Assembly (NCBI RefSeq): GCF_000143415.4
Contig: NW_003314268.1
Span: 3,170,559 to 3,234,558, forward strand
Direction: 5' to 3'
Source: Selaginella moellendorffii
Taxonomy: Eukaryota; Plantae; Lycopodiophyta
Length of the DNA stretch: 64,000 bases
This document shows, in pieces, positions 50,301-63,629 of this stretch. The first letter of the stretch is position 1. Every line of letters starts with the position of its first letter. The position numbers and the translations under genes are program-made. The notes under the pieces were generated by a model. That model searched no databases, had not been told where the DNA came from, and saw nothing but the letters and a program-made list of their open reading frames with translations.

Positions 50301-53127
50301 AGAATTATGTCTTGCTTATATGCTAGTTGCTCTAAGACTAGGGCTGTTGGACAATAAACAAAGGTTTAATGACAAAACTTTAACTATCATTCTTACAATT
50401 GATTGTTATAGTGAATAGTAAGATCAATAGTGGTTATAAGAAATGTTGAATCTAGATGAGAAAGCATGAAATGTTTAATATCATCATGAAGGCCAAAGTA
50501 AAAAATATTCCTTTGGAGATGCACATGAAATATCAAAAACAATCATTTAGATAATACATAAGTAGATGCAAACTTGAAGATTTGGCATAATTATTAAAAC
50601 TTATTAATATCAGTATGCTTTTGATCAGTATCATTGAACACTAGTGAAGCAGTGAATAAAGAGATCAAAATCCTAAAGAATATAATCATTTTTTTCAAAA
50701 AGGGAGAAAACTATGAAAGAGATGTCATAATAAGAAGAAATTCAATTAAGCCTATAGAAAGTTAGAATAGGGTTGCATAGTGATTCTAAACCTGATTTAG
50801 TCAAGTAGTTCATTAAATTTGAAACTACTTTTATAGGGAACCCTTAACTAATCCAAAAATTAAATTGGTCAATAATAATTTTAGATGCCTATATATATGC
50901 ATAACAAGTCTTGAGTTTAGTTCCCATGAATAATTTTTTAAATTGTTTTGCCTTAGCCAATAATAGTGAATATAATCTTAAATAAATACAAAAGATAGTA
51001 AAATAGAACAACCCAAAGCTAATCTAAAAACATAATCTGGGTATGCTAATCATATACCTATCTATATACATAATAGGTCTTGAATTTGAATCTTGTAAGT
51101 AGAGGTTTGGAGTTTGATTCATACTGTAGCCAATAGTAATAAAGATACTCCTTAGTAAATACAGTAAATATATAATATTAAAAGTGTAAAAGAGCACTAA
51201 AAATGAACTTAAGAGTTGATAATATAGCTTTTTCAAGGATGTGTTGTCTTCCAATAATGATGAGAAAGCCAAATCTTTTATCTAATTGGAAAAAAAGATA
51301 TTTTTTAATGATTTATTAGTACTTTTGTTATCATTTATATTTTTATTTTCTTTGAGACTGAAAAGGAATACATAACTATTATATTCATCTTGTTCTATAG
51401 TGCCTTAAAAACATGGCTCTTATGGAAAATTGAATAAATATCCTTTTGATTAATATTCAGTTGAGTGGTTATATAATTTCCTCACACGCCATTATTATTA
51501 TGGATCTTACTAAAATTTTCACCATTTTTTAGTGATAATGTGCAATTTGTGTCCATGATATTCAATGTTTCTTTAGTTTTATGAATTTTTTATTAACATT
51601 TCATGTAGGACTTTTTTTAAATTACTTTTTTTAAAAAACAAAACTCATCATAAAGGATGACTTAAATCAATTATAACATTTTCAACAAGAAATTATTTAT
51701 AATTGTGGAACTTTTTTAAGTTTAGTGCCTCGATTGGTATCAAACTTGATAGTCAAAATCATTTTTATTTTGTGATTGTATATTGCTAAGAGAACATAAA
51801 TGGGAAAGCTAATACTTTTACTTGACACAATTATCTCACATCTGCACTAGAAAAACTCCAAATGTAGGGGTTCAATCTCTATATTAAACTCTCTTTAATT
51901 TCTATGCATAATTCTATATTCCTCTTAATTACTTTTTTAAGTCATGAATTGAAATAACTTAGGGCACCAATCCATTTATTCATGAAACTTAATAATGTTT
52001 TTCCAACAAAAAATAGTGATTAATAATTTTTTCAATTTTGGGATGGGCTCTTTCATTAAAATACTGAACTATATGTACTTAATAGCAATATATAATTGCA
52101 TGTCATCTAAGTGTACTAGGGTATTTTGGTAAAATTAGTTTCACTATAGTTTTGATAACCTTATATACACAAGTATGTTCAAAACTTTATTTATACTTAC
52201 AATATATATTAGAAAACTAAGATGCTTTAATATGGTCTTTTTCAAGCCCTTCTTTTTGCTCTAGAGCTTTGGAAATTCATTTTTACCAAAATGGCACATT
52301 TATTTTGAAAGAAAATTGATAAAAAGTACTCAGTTGAGTTTATTTACAAGAATATTTTCCATTTTCATTGATTTCACAGACATTAAGTTTATTTTCACTT
52401 TTTAGCATTAATTGTTTTCATTCCTGTAAGTAAAAGTTAGTTGTTAAATTTATCACCATATTCAAATATTTGAGCAATATTTTTTATACTTTAACTCTCA
52501 TCACCAGAAGCATTAAGTCGATTTCCTTCCTTTTGTTAAGTTTATGTATAGCAATTCCCAGCATTTTTCAATGCAATATTTATCAACTATGGCCTTCATC
52601 ATCATTTATTATATTCATTTCCTCTATCACCTAGTTTTACAAATTATTTTATTTCTGCTCATGCTTTGTTGCCTTAGATTCTCTTCAAGAGGAAGTTCAC
52701 TATCACCCTAATATTTGATTCAATCAGTCATCAAGAACATTATAACAACCATCTATCATATATCCTCTATTTCTTTAACTACAGCTCTAACTCTAAACTT
52801 CCACTCTCAAGATCTTTCCACTCCAAGATTGCCACGTGTGCAAGGAGTCCGAGCCACACAATCATGCCACCATCCTTTGTGGAACTCGTAATCGAGGTGG
52901 ATAAAGTCAATGATCAGTGCTTCCTTTCTGGGTGGTAAGGATAAATTGCGTGGTTTCATTCCAAGCTTGCGTAACAACCCTGTCTCCATACAGAGAATTC
53001 CATTGTGCATTCAGTTTTGAAGGCAGTAATTGGTTTCATTTTATTTATTTTCTGAAAAAGTAGAATAAAAATAATGACACCGTGTGTAACTTTTATTCGA
53101 CAATCGACATGTACGAAGTTGCGATGC

Positions 53128-54812
53128 TTACTGGGATTTATCCCACTCAGAGTTTTGCAGGCAAGCCGGATTGAGATGGTCGGGACCCAGCCGGACGCAG
53201 TTGATGTAATTCACCAAGCTGTGCCCGGCGATCCCAGGCACGAGCAAGCCTGCAATCCTTGCCACAGTGGACAACCTCGTCTCGCTAAACTCCCCCCCTT
53301 ATCTATAGCTCATGAAGAAGCTCTGGACGAGCTCGAACAGTGCGTAAAGCCGGAACAGCACCATGTAAACCTGGGAGAGGAAATTGGGAAATGGCTCGTC
53401 CGGAAGGATCTGTGCAGAACGTTAATATGGATCCTACACAGAGAGCAGTGTCTCGAAGTAAAGTACCTGGAGGGTGTAGTTGTAAGTGAAGTAGCAGCAA
53501 TTCCCGAAATGCTTGAAGCCAAACAAAGAGTTGTCGAAGGGGACTCGAGCTACCACGTCGTTATTGTAGACAACTCTAAAGTACCTCATGGTTGGCTTGT
53601 TTAAACTGGCGTCCATGAAGGACGCGAAGCTCTCGTCTCCAACGCGGGGCTGGCCAAACGTGTAGAGCCCCGCGAGCCTCCTGCCAACGTCGTCCTCGGT
53701 GTTGTAAAAGACTCGATTCTCTTCCCGGTTGTAGAAGAGCATGGCGGTGAAGAGAGTCGCCAGAGCGCCGCCGAGGCTGTGACCGGTGATATAGAGCTTT
53801 GCGTTTCTGTGGTTCCGGAGGATGGTGACGAGCTCCGCGCTGATGTGGTCGTATGCGAGCAGCTTCGTCTCATCGCTGAGGACAAAGTCGGGTAATCCAG
53901 ATGTTGGAGTCTGTGGCAACGGAGTCCTCGACTTCTCGTAGATGTTCTGCTTCAACCTCTGGAAGCTTTGCATCCTGTTCCTGTCGCCCAGGTCCAGTGC
54001 TTCGAGGAATCCGAGATGGACACGGCCGAGCTGCGGGAGCTCGTGTGCACCAGTCGTATGCATTGAAGGCTTCTGTTCCCCGGAAGGCAGGAACGATGGC
54101 TCCGGCAGCAGTTTCCCGGTCCGTGAAGATGAATGCTTGAGTCGAGTTTTTTTTCTGAAACTCTGTAGCACGAAAGGGTGAGGGCAACGTCAGATGAAAC
54201 TGGATACCGTTCCAACAGTTGTAAGTTCCTAGTAGATGCATCTGCAAAGGAGAAGCTGATGGAGTCAGAGGTTGTGCAAGGCTTGGACTTACCTTCCAAT
54301 TCTGATTCACGACAAATTCGATGAACTTCGGGCTCTCATACGCAACCTTAGACGCCATAGTACAAACATCTGCTACCGCTTTAGAGTCTGGACATGAAAG
54401 ACAAAGACGCTGAGACGAAGGGGCTTGGAGGACGCTGATTCTTGGTTCCATGTGGCCGTTGAAAGTCAGGTAGCTCTCCGAATCCTCGGCAAGATCAACA
54501 AGCGCTGGAAGAACAGCACACAATCAAAAGTCAGCACCGTGAAATCAATTCTAGTTACCTTGTGGATTTATTGAAAGAGTATACAAGGTCTGCACAAAGG
54601 TTAATTGCCTTCTCCGCCCATCTTCCAAGGTGCTTCAGCGGTTGACAGACAGACCTCACGCTCCAGAGCATAAACAGAGAACATTTCGCTCTCCAATCCA
54701 AGTTCACACTCCCGACTTCCAAAGAATGCGAGATGTGAGGCCACAGGTACGACCACACGCTCGTATAGTGTGCTACGAGATAGCTTCTATCATCTGCGAC
54801 ACGAGTGCCCAT
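53128..54812 (-). pseudogene. Class-3 lipase, minus arm; probable pseudogene
   Basis: MASKVAYE, AFRGTE, GHSLGG, YTFGQPRVGD, NNDVVARVP, HSLVNYINCVRLG. A ~20-bp deletion at ~54047 (DWCT|HELP) removes DLDFSWY and shifts the frame. The 5' boundary is uncertain. Confidence 0.82.
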
Positions 54813-57800
54813 ACTGGAAAAAACCTCACAATGTCGAAGTTCAAGAGTGAAGAGCAGAAGAAGGATAGCTTTAAAACATGAAATTCTTACTTACCACAAA
54901 TCTTAGAGGATTTTATAAAGTACCAGTCAATGCGAGATGGCTGCTAAGTCTTCTATAAACAGCTCGGCAACTTGGGATTAGTCCAGTCAAACCGTGGAAA
55001 TTTCAATCCCGCCCGTATCCTCCTGCAAGTTTTTGCAAAAACACGAGATTAACGCCTGCACTGTATACTTTGTATACTAACCTTCCATGCCAATCTCAAC
55101 GTCTTGGATGTTGTCTAGTCGCTTCCCACGATTCCAGATGCTAATCTTTTGGAACTTTTGCTGCCACCTCTATTATTGCATTTGGATTCCTGAGTCTCGA
55201 CTCAGCCTTCCCTGTGTTGATACACCTGCTTTTCTAGACATATCTGCCGTGATAAACATCCTGAAGACTTGGACCACTTCTTGCCTAGAGTGTTGCACTT
55301 TCTGCTGCAAAGTTGCTTGAGTACCTTGCATGAATTAAAGCACCTGGAGATAAATCCTGAAAATCAATAAAGTAATATATTTCTTTAAATCAAAAGTTTC
55401 TTTTGTTTGTTCATTTTAGGTCAATTTTGGCAGTCTAACTTTAGCACTTTGGTGCATGTAGATCAGCCTTTCTCTCATTGACCTATTTTTCCAAATGAAA
55501 AGGTGTATTTATGAAATAGAGTTAATTTGTGCTTATGACTCTCTCTATTTATCCCTGGGGCAAAAGGTGGTATATCATTCCTTTGTAAGTCAAATGGTAC
55601 TTAAAGTGGATGGTTAATTCTGTTAGAGATTTTTCCTTGTTAGTGACAGCAAAAAAATGTTTAATTATTAGTGTCTTTTGACATAAAAGAGAGGTAGTTC
55701 CCCCACTCATTTAAATTAGTGCATTTCTCTTAAAGTGTCTTCAATTTATTTTTGAAATTGTTTCCTTGATGAATATGATAGTTATGTATTTTTTTTGAGT
55801 CTCAGAGAAATAAGAATATCATCAAAATAGTTGATAATAGAAAAATAAAATAAAATACAAAAAATATCAGTTATATATTGAAATATAACAAAGGTATAGT
55901 AATCAAAGTGGCTATAAAAGTTATTTTTCCACTCATCACCTCTCAAATGTAAATGATATTATAAACAACAATTTTGGTGATAAATAATCACGTATACATC
56001 CAAATCAATACCTTTGTTTCCTTTTCCTATGTTGTTTTCAACTCTGGTGAAAGAAATGAGCCTTGGAGAGTTGCTCTAACATTTTAGATATCATTGGAAA
56101 AGGAAAAATAGAATTAGAATAATGATTTTCTTTAGGTCTTGATAGTCAACTATCAAACCAAAAAAATGTATCATTCTTTGGATATTAAAAAAATAAATGC
56201 ATTAGCTAAAGTTTGATAATGTCAAATAAAACCTTTAAAGATATGCTAAATTCTCCATTAATATCGTATCCATATAATTTATAGATTATAGAAAGTCTTT
56301 AAATAATATAAAATTTATGTGAATTGTTATTACCAAAATCTATATTTGTTTTTTCCTATAATTTTCTAAGTAAAATATAAATAGCTAAAAGTATAAATTT
56401 AAGGAAAAAATCAAATTAAATTTAAGTAACTTTATAAATAGAAAAAATGATTAGTTATATTAAGAAGAAATATATTTAATTTATAATTATAAGCCACTAA
56501 TTCTATAAGAGATTGCTTTAACCTTTTATATAATTATAGTGTGTTCATCTAAGCTAAGTGTATTAAAAATATCACTTCAAGATATAGCCTATACTCTAGT
56601 AATAATTTTTATCTAATTCTATAATATTATTTATTTTTATTTTTATTATTTTATAAATAAAATATGAAAATTTTAAAAAATTACAATCATATCAATAGCT
56701 GTTATGTTGCTTTACTGTCCTATGTATGGATCTCAGTCCTATCAACAATTGTTTCTATTATTTGAATAAGAATATGATCATGTATAAGATTTATTTTGAA
56801 TAATAATACAAGATGGAATCTAGTGTTTTTATATAAACTTGATTCCTATATTCAAAGAAGGATTGATAGATAAACATTTTTCAAATCCTTGTTAAGGCAT
56901 GGCTAATGTTTACTACTCACTCCTTTTCTCTCAAAAACATAGGATTGAATATTTCAATCAATGTTGTTCAATGTCAATAAGAACATTACAGCAATAACCT
57001 ATCATGATGTCCTGCATTTCTTTGACTATAGCTTTACTTTCTAGCTCTAAACATCCACTCTCAAGATCTTTCCACCTTTCTAGGGAACTAAAACATTACC
57101 ACTTGTGCAAGGAGTGCTTCCAAGTTTGATGCAACAAGCAGTCCAAGCCACACAATCATCCCACCATCTTTTGTGGAACTCATAGTGTTTGTGGTAAGGA
57201 TAAATTGTATGGTTTCTTTCCATGCTTACCACCAATAACAACCCCATTTCCATATAAAGAATTCTATATATTCAATTTTGAAGGCATTTTGGTAATGTTA
57301 TTGATCTTAATTGTGTTTGTGAGTGTATGGAATATGGAAATGGAATACAAAAATATGCATATTAATTAGCCCAAAAACCCTAGCTTATAAACAAGAGTAA
57401 GTGGTCCAAATTGAAACTAATCTAATGGATATTAAAATCCTACTATATTAATATTAGTGTATAACTATTAATATTAGTATATAATATTGTAATTGTACAT
57501 TTCGAGCTTATCACCTTCTCCTCTCAAAAGAATAGAAGGCAGTTAGGATTCTTTAGTTGCTGGACCAAGGCCTGGAGGAGGCACTAGTGGATTTGTTATT
57601 AGTATTAATTGTTCTTGATCCTTTTATACAAAGTGTTTTAACCGCTATACATGTATAATTTATAGAGGATCTGCCTGTTGAATATCATGCTAAACCTTAT
57701 AAACTTGTAATCTAACTTGCTACAACACCTAATACAGTCCTTTCTATTGGAAAAAAAGCTTTTTAAACAAACCATATATTGTAAGATTGGAAAACAAATT

Positions 57801-59227
57801 AACACCAAGTGATCCACTTTATACTCCATAGGTTGACGATGATAAAAGTTGTATTGCTATTGTTATCCCACTTGTATGCGACACAAGTTTTTGGTAAACT
57901 CTACTTAAATAAGTGGAAGGATGTACTAATCCTAGGATTTAGCATTGGTAGCTCGTGGCAATTGTAAAGGTAAACTCAACTCCATTAGTAGTATTGTATC
58001 ATGGTCATTTAAAAATTTATATAGTGAAGCATCAATAGAACTCTATACCTTTAGAACATATGTATACCAAAAGAGAACAAATAACTATCCTAATCTGAAT
58101 GTTGAAAAGTTACATACTTTGTGATCATCTTTTTAAAGGTCCAAACAAGTTGTTCCACCAAACCATCTGTCTGTGGATGATAAACACTTGTGAAAGTATG
58201 AAATATCCCCAATCGAGATGTTAAAATATGAAATACTTTAGCCATAAATGCGGGACCATTATTAAAAAGAATTTGCTCCAAATAGGAATGTTGGAACATC
58301 ACTCAATTGAGAAGGAAGTATCTAACAATAGTTATAAATACACTAGCAAAAGTGTTGACTTTCACTTAGTGAGTCAAGTAGTTAAAAGTAATAATGACAT
58401 ACTCATTGTTATTAGTTAACAATGGAAAAGGCCCTATTAAATAAAGTGCCACCAAGTTAAATAGATAGAAAACTATAATTGACTCCAACCATTCTTCCAT
58501 AGCACGAGGGGGAGTATTACAAGTTTGGCATTAAATACAACTTTGAATATACCAAATAACATCATATCGCATCTCCAACCAATAGAAAGATTTATATAAT
58601 TTCTCAATCATAAAATAATGTCTTATATGCCCACCTAGAATAAAAAAATCATGGTAAGCATGGAAATAACATGGAATAAAGATAATGGCACCACTAGTTA
58701 TAAATGAACTAAAATTTGTCTTTATAAAATAAAGAAGGTGATATTGAAAAAGTAAATGCCGAAATGGCAACTCATTAACAAGTGATGCAAGATTCTCAAA
58801 CCCACCGCAAAGCCTTTAGATCCATGGCTCAACTTTTTGAGCCTTACAAACTTTGTCAAAAGAAGGTAAAATTTTATTCTGCACCTTATGGACACTAAAC
58901 ATCAAGTACAACCATCGATAGTATGAAATCCTTATCCAAAAAATCCACAGATGCTGAAACAATAGGCTTGTCAAAAACATAAGAAAAGAATAAAGAAGAA
59001 AGAGCAGCTTTAAAAAAGGCATTAGCATTAATAATAGAATTCCTTGGGCGATGAACAACCTCAAAATCATATATTTGAAATTTCAAAGCCCACTAAGCAG
59101 TATGACCAATTAAATTCTTCCACCTCAACAATGAAGTAACTACAGTATGATCACCTTTTAGTAATGTTTAAGAACTATATAAATATGCATTAAGTTTCTC
59201 AAAACCCCAAATTGCTTTTAAACACTC

Positions 59228-59903
59228 TGTGAGCTTGAATTTGGACTTTCCGGGAAGTCACCCAACCCAGTACTATTCAAACCCAAGGATGCTTAACCCC
59301 AACTATCCCAAGGCCTTTAACCGATTGAAAAAGGAAGTGCATTTTTATTCATGGGCCCTTTCCCTTTATATTTTAACCATATCGATTGTTTCTTAAGTTA
59401 TTCTCTTTGGTTGCTTATAATCTACTATGCTTCGCTACAAGTTGACACCCTCGTGAACAGAAATTGAGAGTCATAGCTCTCTCGAGAGCCCCACTCTTTG
59501 ACACCCTACCCCTCGAGTCGAGCCCAGCCGGGAACAAACTAGACCCGCCAGATGTCAATCTTATCATGTAGTATGATTCCCCTAAGCTAACTAATAGAGT
59601 TGGACCCAGCCGGGAACAAACTAAACCTACCAGATGTCAATCTCAATATGTAGTATGATTCCCCTAAGCCAACCAATAGAGTCGAACCCAAGACCACTCT
59701 GATACCAAATGTAAGCTTCTAAATTTGGACTTCCTAAGAGGTCACCCAACCCAGTACTATTTAAACCCAAGGATGCTTAACCCTAACTATTCCAAAACCC
59801 TTAACCAATTGAAAAAAAAGGTGCATTCTTATTCATGGGCCCTTTCCCTTTATATTTGAACTCTATAGATTGTCTTTCAAGTTGTTCTCTTTAGTTGCTT
59901 ACA
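59228..59903 (-). mobile_element. Cassandra-type TRIM, older copy
   Basis: TSD CACTC. Two LTRs with the 5S-like segment. PBS (ctctgatacca) at ~59697-59707. ~80-bp internal tandem duplication. Confidence 0.88.
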
Positions 59904-60801
59904 CACTCCTTCTCTATTGTAGAGTAATTCACCTGTACTAGTTATAATGTATGGTTGATATGCAATGGGATGGCATTGACCAAACACACTCAAGCTCTTT
60001 TGCATCATCACATCTCCAAGATTGATTAAAAAACATCTAGATATAAAATGAAAAGGCAAGTGTAATCAGAATATGTTAAAACTGGAGGAATCGTTAATAA
60101 CTCTTTGAAATTCATAAACATCCACTCATAGTCCATAGACCAAATAAAAAATGATGTTAACAACTTCAACAATATTCACAATAGTGTAGCATAATAAAAA
60201 CAATGATTAACAAAATAGTTGAGATATTACACCTTGTTTAAGAAGCGTTGTATATCATTCACATACATTGGAGTGAGGAAATTTTAAAATAGCCACAAGT
60301 ATGTTAGGATCAATTTGCAAACCTTCACAAGAAATATAATACCCAAAATAAATTATATCCTTAGACCCAAATATGCACTTCAAATGCTTCAACTTTAAAC
60401 CAATTTTCTGTAGTTGATTCCACACTTTATGAATATCATAAATGTGCTCCTTCCATATCCCCTTTAAGTGGATTAAAACATTATCGATAAAGTTAGCAGT
60501 CACTTTTGGCATATCACAAAGAAACTCATCCATCATTGAAAAGTCGCTATATCATTACTCAAATTGAATAGCATCACCAAGAACTTATATAAACCAAATG
60601 GTGTATGAAAAACAGTCTTAGGAATACTCTTTAGCCATCAATATTTGCTAATACCCAAAAGCAAGACTTAACTTAGTGAACTAACGACTTCTCCTTAAAC
60701 AATTCAGAAGATCAATAGTGTGAGGAAGAGGGTATATATTAAGGATGGTCACTTCATTTAATGAATAATAGTTAATGTAGAAATGAATATTCCCATCAAA
60801 T

Positions 60802-60999
60802 TGTAAGCAACTAAAGAGAACGACTTGAGAGACAATCCGTAAGGATTTAAATACAGAGGGAAAGGGTCTATGAATAAAAGTGCACCCCCTTTTTTAATCA
60901 GTTAAGAGTAATCTTGGGATATTTAGGATTAAGTGTCTTTAGGTTTAAGTAGTATTGGGTTAGGTGACCTCTTAGGAAGTTTAAATTCAAGAGTTTACA
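60802..60999 (+). mobile_element. Cassandra-type solo LTR in the RT of the second element A copy
   Basis: tgtaagcaac..agagggaaaggg..tgcacccccttt..ggtgacctc..gagtttaca. TSD not recognisable. Confidence 0.8.
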
Positions 61000-61436
61000 G
61001 AACCTTCATCACAAAATGAGGTTTACATGCCCAAGGGTTTCACAACTTTCGGATAACACCTTTTTCTAACATCTTATTGATGTTTATATATAAAATTTTG
61101 ATCTCTTTTAGTGACTGATGACAAATAGGAATCTTGATTGAATGAGCATCCCTAATTAGAATAACATGACATGTTGCAACCTTGGCCCTAGATGATAGGT
61201 CAAACTCAAAGAAATTGGTATACTCTTTCATGAGCTAGTCAACTGTTGCAAATTTTGATTTCCTTTGGTGACCAATGATGATTAAAAACCTTGATTGGAT
61301 GAGCATCCCTAATTAGAATAGGATGACGTGTTGCAATCTTGGCCTCAAACGATAAGTCAAATTCAAAGAAATCAGTATATTCTTTTATGAGCCAGTCAAC
61401 CACTATAACATAAAGACCGTCAGAGAGACTAAAGAC

Positions 61437-62110
61437 CGTAGCACACCTTATCTCTCTCCCCTTAAGCCAACTGGAAAAGGGGCAATTGCTTGATGAGAGA
61501 GCCCTTAGTGGCTCTTTTATCCCCATTTATCTCCCAAGGTTCCAAAGATCCACGGTGACAGTATATCCAAATCTCATCCCATGATCAAATGCACTACACT
61601 CACCCCCCCTTTAGAGATGTCAATGTCCTCATTGACTATTGACTAACAACCCCTACTGAGCCAAAGGGAACCAGCACCTCCATTTCCGCACTGAATCTAC
61701 CAATCTTTCCATTGTGTAGACTAGCTATTCCATGTGAGGCAACTAGTCATCCATCCGTACTGCAGTCCCACGGTGGATACTTTCGTCCGTGGATACTCCA
61801 CACAAGAGGAAGGACGTACGCATGGATGCCCAATACATACGATTTCAAATTTAGGGGTAGGAATATACCTTGCTCAAGGGTATATTATATTTTTAAGTAG
61901 CTACTAATCAATGGGAATCGAACCCGTGCCATTTGCTCTGATACCAACTGTAGCACACTTTATCTATCTCCCCTTAAACCAACTGGAAAAGGGGCAATTG
62001 CTTGATGAGAGAGCCCTTAGTGGCTATTTTATCCCCATTTATCCCCCAAGGTTCCAAGGATCCACGGTGACAGTATATCCAAATCTCATCCCATGATCAC
62101 ATGCGCTACA
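61437..62110 (-). mobile_element. TRIM family B, complete, 674 bp
   Basis: 162-bp LTRs 61437-61598 and 61949-62110. PBS TGGTATCAGAGC (61946-61935). PPT GGGGGGGTGAG. ~350-bp non-coding interior. Confidence 0.88.
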
Positions 62111-62554
62111 CTAAAGAAGGAATAAAAGAATAAGATGGAAACATATGAAGAAGTAATGAGGAGATAAAAGTGATGGAAATAAAGGTAAAAGAAAAAAAAT
62201 AAAAGGAATAAAAGTGAAAGGAATGGATAAAATATAAAAAAGTATGAGATAAGGGAGAGAAACTTTAAAGTCATACTTGGCATGATTGCACTCCAACCAC
62301 TTTTGACAATATTTTTTGCTTAACATAACATTATGAAACTTTATTTCTTCCACTTCTTGCTACACATATTTCAACTCTACTTTTTGTGGGAGATAATCCT
62401 ATTCTAATGGAGGTTGATGCTACTGTTTCCTGAGTTCAAGTACAAAAGCAAGGATGTAGTCATGGCCATGATATCCATTACTATGTGTGTGATGAGGTTG
62501 GTCACACGTATCGGTATTATTGTCATTTTCCAAATTGGCATTCTCCATTTTTTG

Positions 62555-63553
62555 TGTAGCACACTTTATTTCTCTCCCCTTAATCTAACTAGAAAAAGGG
62601 CAATTGCTTGTTGAGAAAGCCTTTAGTAGCTATTTTACCCTATTTATCCCCCAAGGTTCCAAGGATCTGTAATGACAATATATCCAAATCTCATCCCATG
62701 ATCATATATGCTACACTCACCCCCCCTTCAAAGATGTTAATGTCTCCATTAACTATTGACTAACAACCTCTACTGAGCTAAAGGGAACTAACACTTCCAT
62801 TTCTGCACTAAATGTATCAATCCTTCCATTGTGTAAACTAACTATTCCATGTGAGGTATTCCCATTTCTCTCCTAAGGTTCCAAAGATCCATAATGACAA
62901 TATATTCAAATCTCATCCCATGATCACATGTGCTACATTCACCCCCCCTTCAGAGAAATGTCAATGTCTCCATTGACTATTGACTAATAACCCCTACTAA
63001 GCCAAAGGGAACCAACACCTCCATTTCCACACTGAATGTACCAATCCCCCCTTCAGAGAAATGTCAATGTCTCCATTGACTATTGACTAATAACCCCTAC
63101 TAAGCCAAAGGGAACCAACACCTCCATTTCCACACTGAATGTACCAATCCTTTTATTGTGTAGATTAGTTATTCCATGTGAGATAACTAATCATCCACCC
63201 ATACCACAGTCCCATAGTGGATACTTTTGTCTGTGGATGCTCCACCAAGAGGAAGGATGTACATATATCTACTTAATATGTATGATTTCAAATTTAGGGG
63301 TAGGAATATACCTTGCTCAAGGGTATATCATATTTTTAAGTAGCCACTAATTAATAGGAATCGAACTCGTGCTATTTTCTCTGATACCACATGTAGCGCA
63401 CTTTATCTCTCTCTCCTTAAGCCAACTGAAAAAGGGGTAATTGCTTGATAAGAGAGCCCTTGGTGGCTATTTTATCCCCATTTATCCTTCAAGGTTCCAA
63501 AGATCCATGGTGACAGTATATCCAAATCTCATCCCATGATCACATACGCTACA
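62555..63553 (-). mobile_element. TRIM family B with internal duplications (partial third LTR, repeated interior)
   Basis: TSD TTTTG at 62550-62554 and 63554-63558. LTR, PBS and PPT as in 61437-62110. Confidence 0.87.
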
Positions 63554-63629
63554 TTTTGGGTAAAGACTTTGGCATTAATAATGTCCTATTGGTATTGTTG
63601 TAGTGGAAGTTCTGAACACCAAAATGCTT

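Larger units (their letters stand above)
46439..55352. repeat. Inverted segmental duplication: arms ~46439-49021 and ~52729-55352 around a ~3.7-kb AT-rich spacer; partial third copy ~57038-57285
   Basis: ORFs 46904-47233(+) and 54555-54812(-), and 48179-48553(-) and 53074-53604(+), are near-identical mirror images. Confidence 0.92.
57318..62300 (-). mobile_element. Second, more decayed copy of the element A family
   Basis: LTR ~57318-57510 is the reverse complement of the element A LTR. INT (NNGPAF, YHPQTDGLVE), RH, RT (NFIDNVLI), KEYTDFFEFDLS. Confidence 0.85.

Noticed and set aside
50300-52700. AT-rich spacer ORFs, likewise 55400-57000
   Set aside because: Short, compositionally biased and without recognisable homology; probably old decayed repeats.
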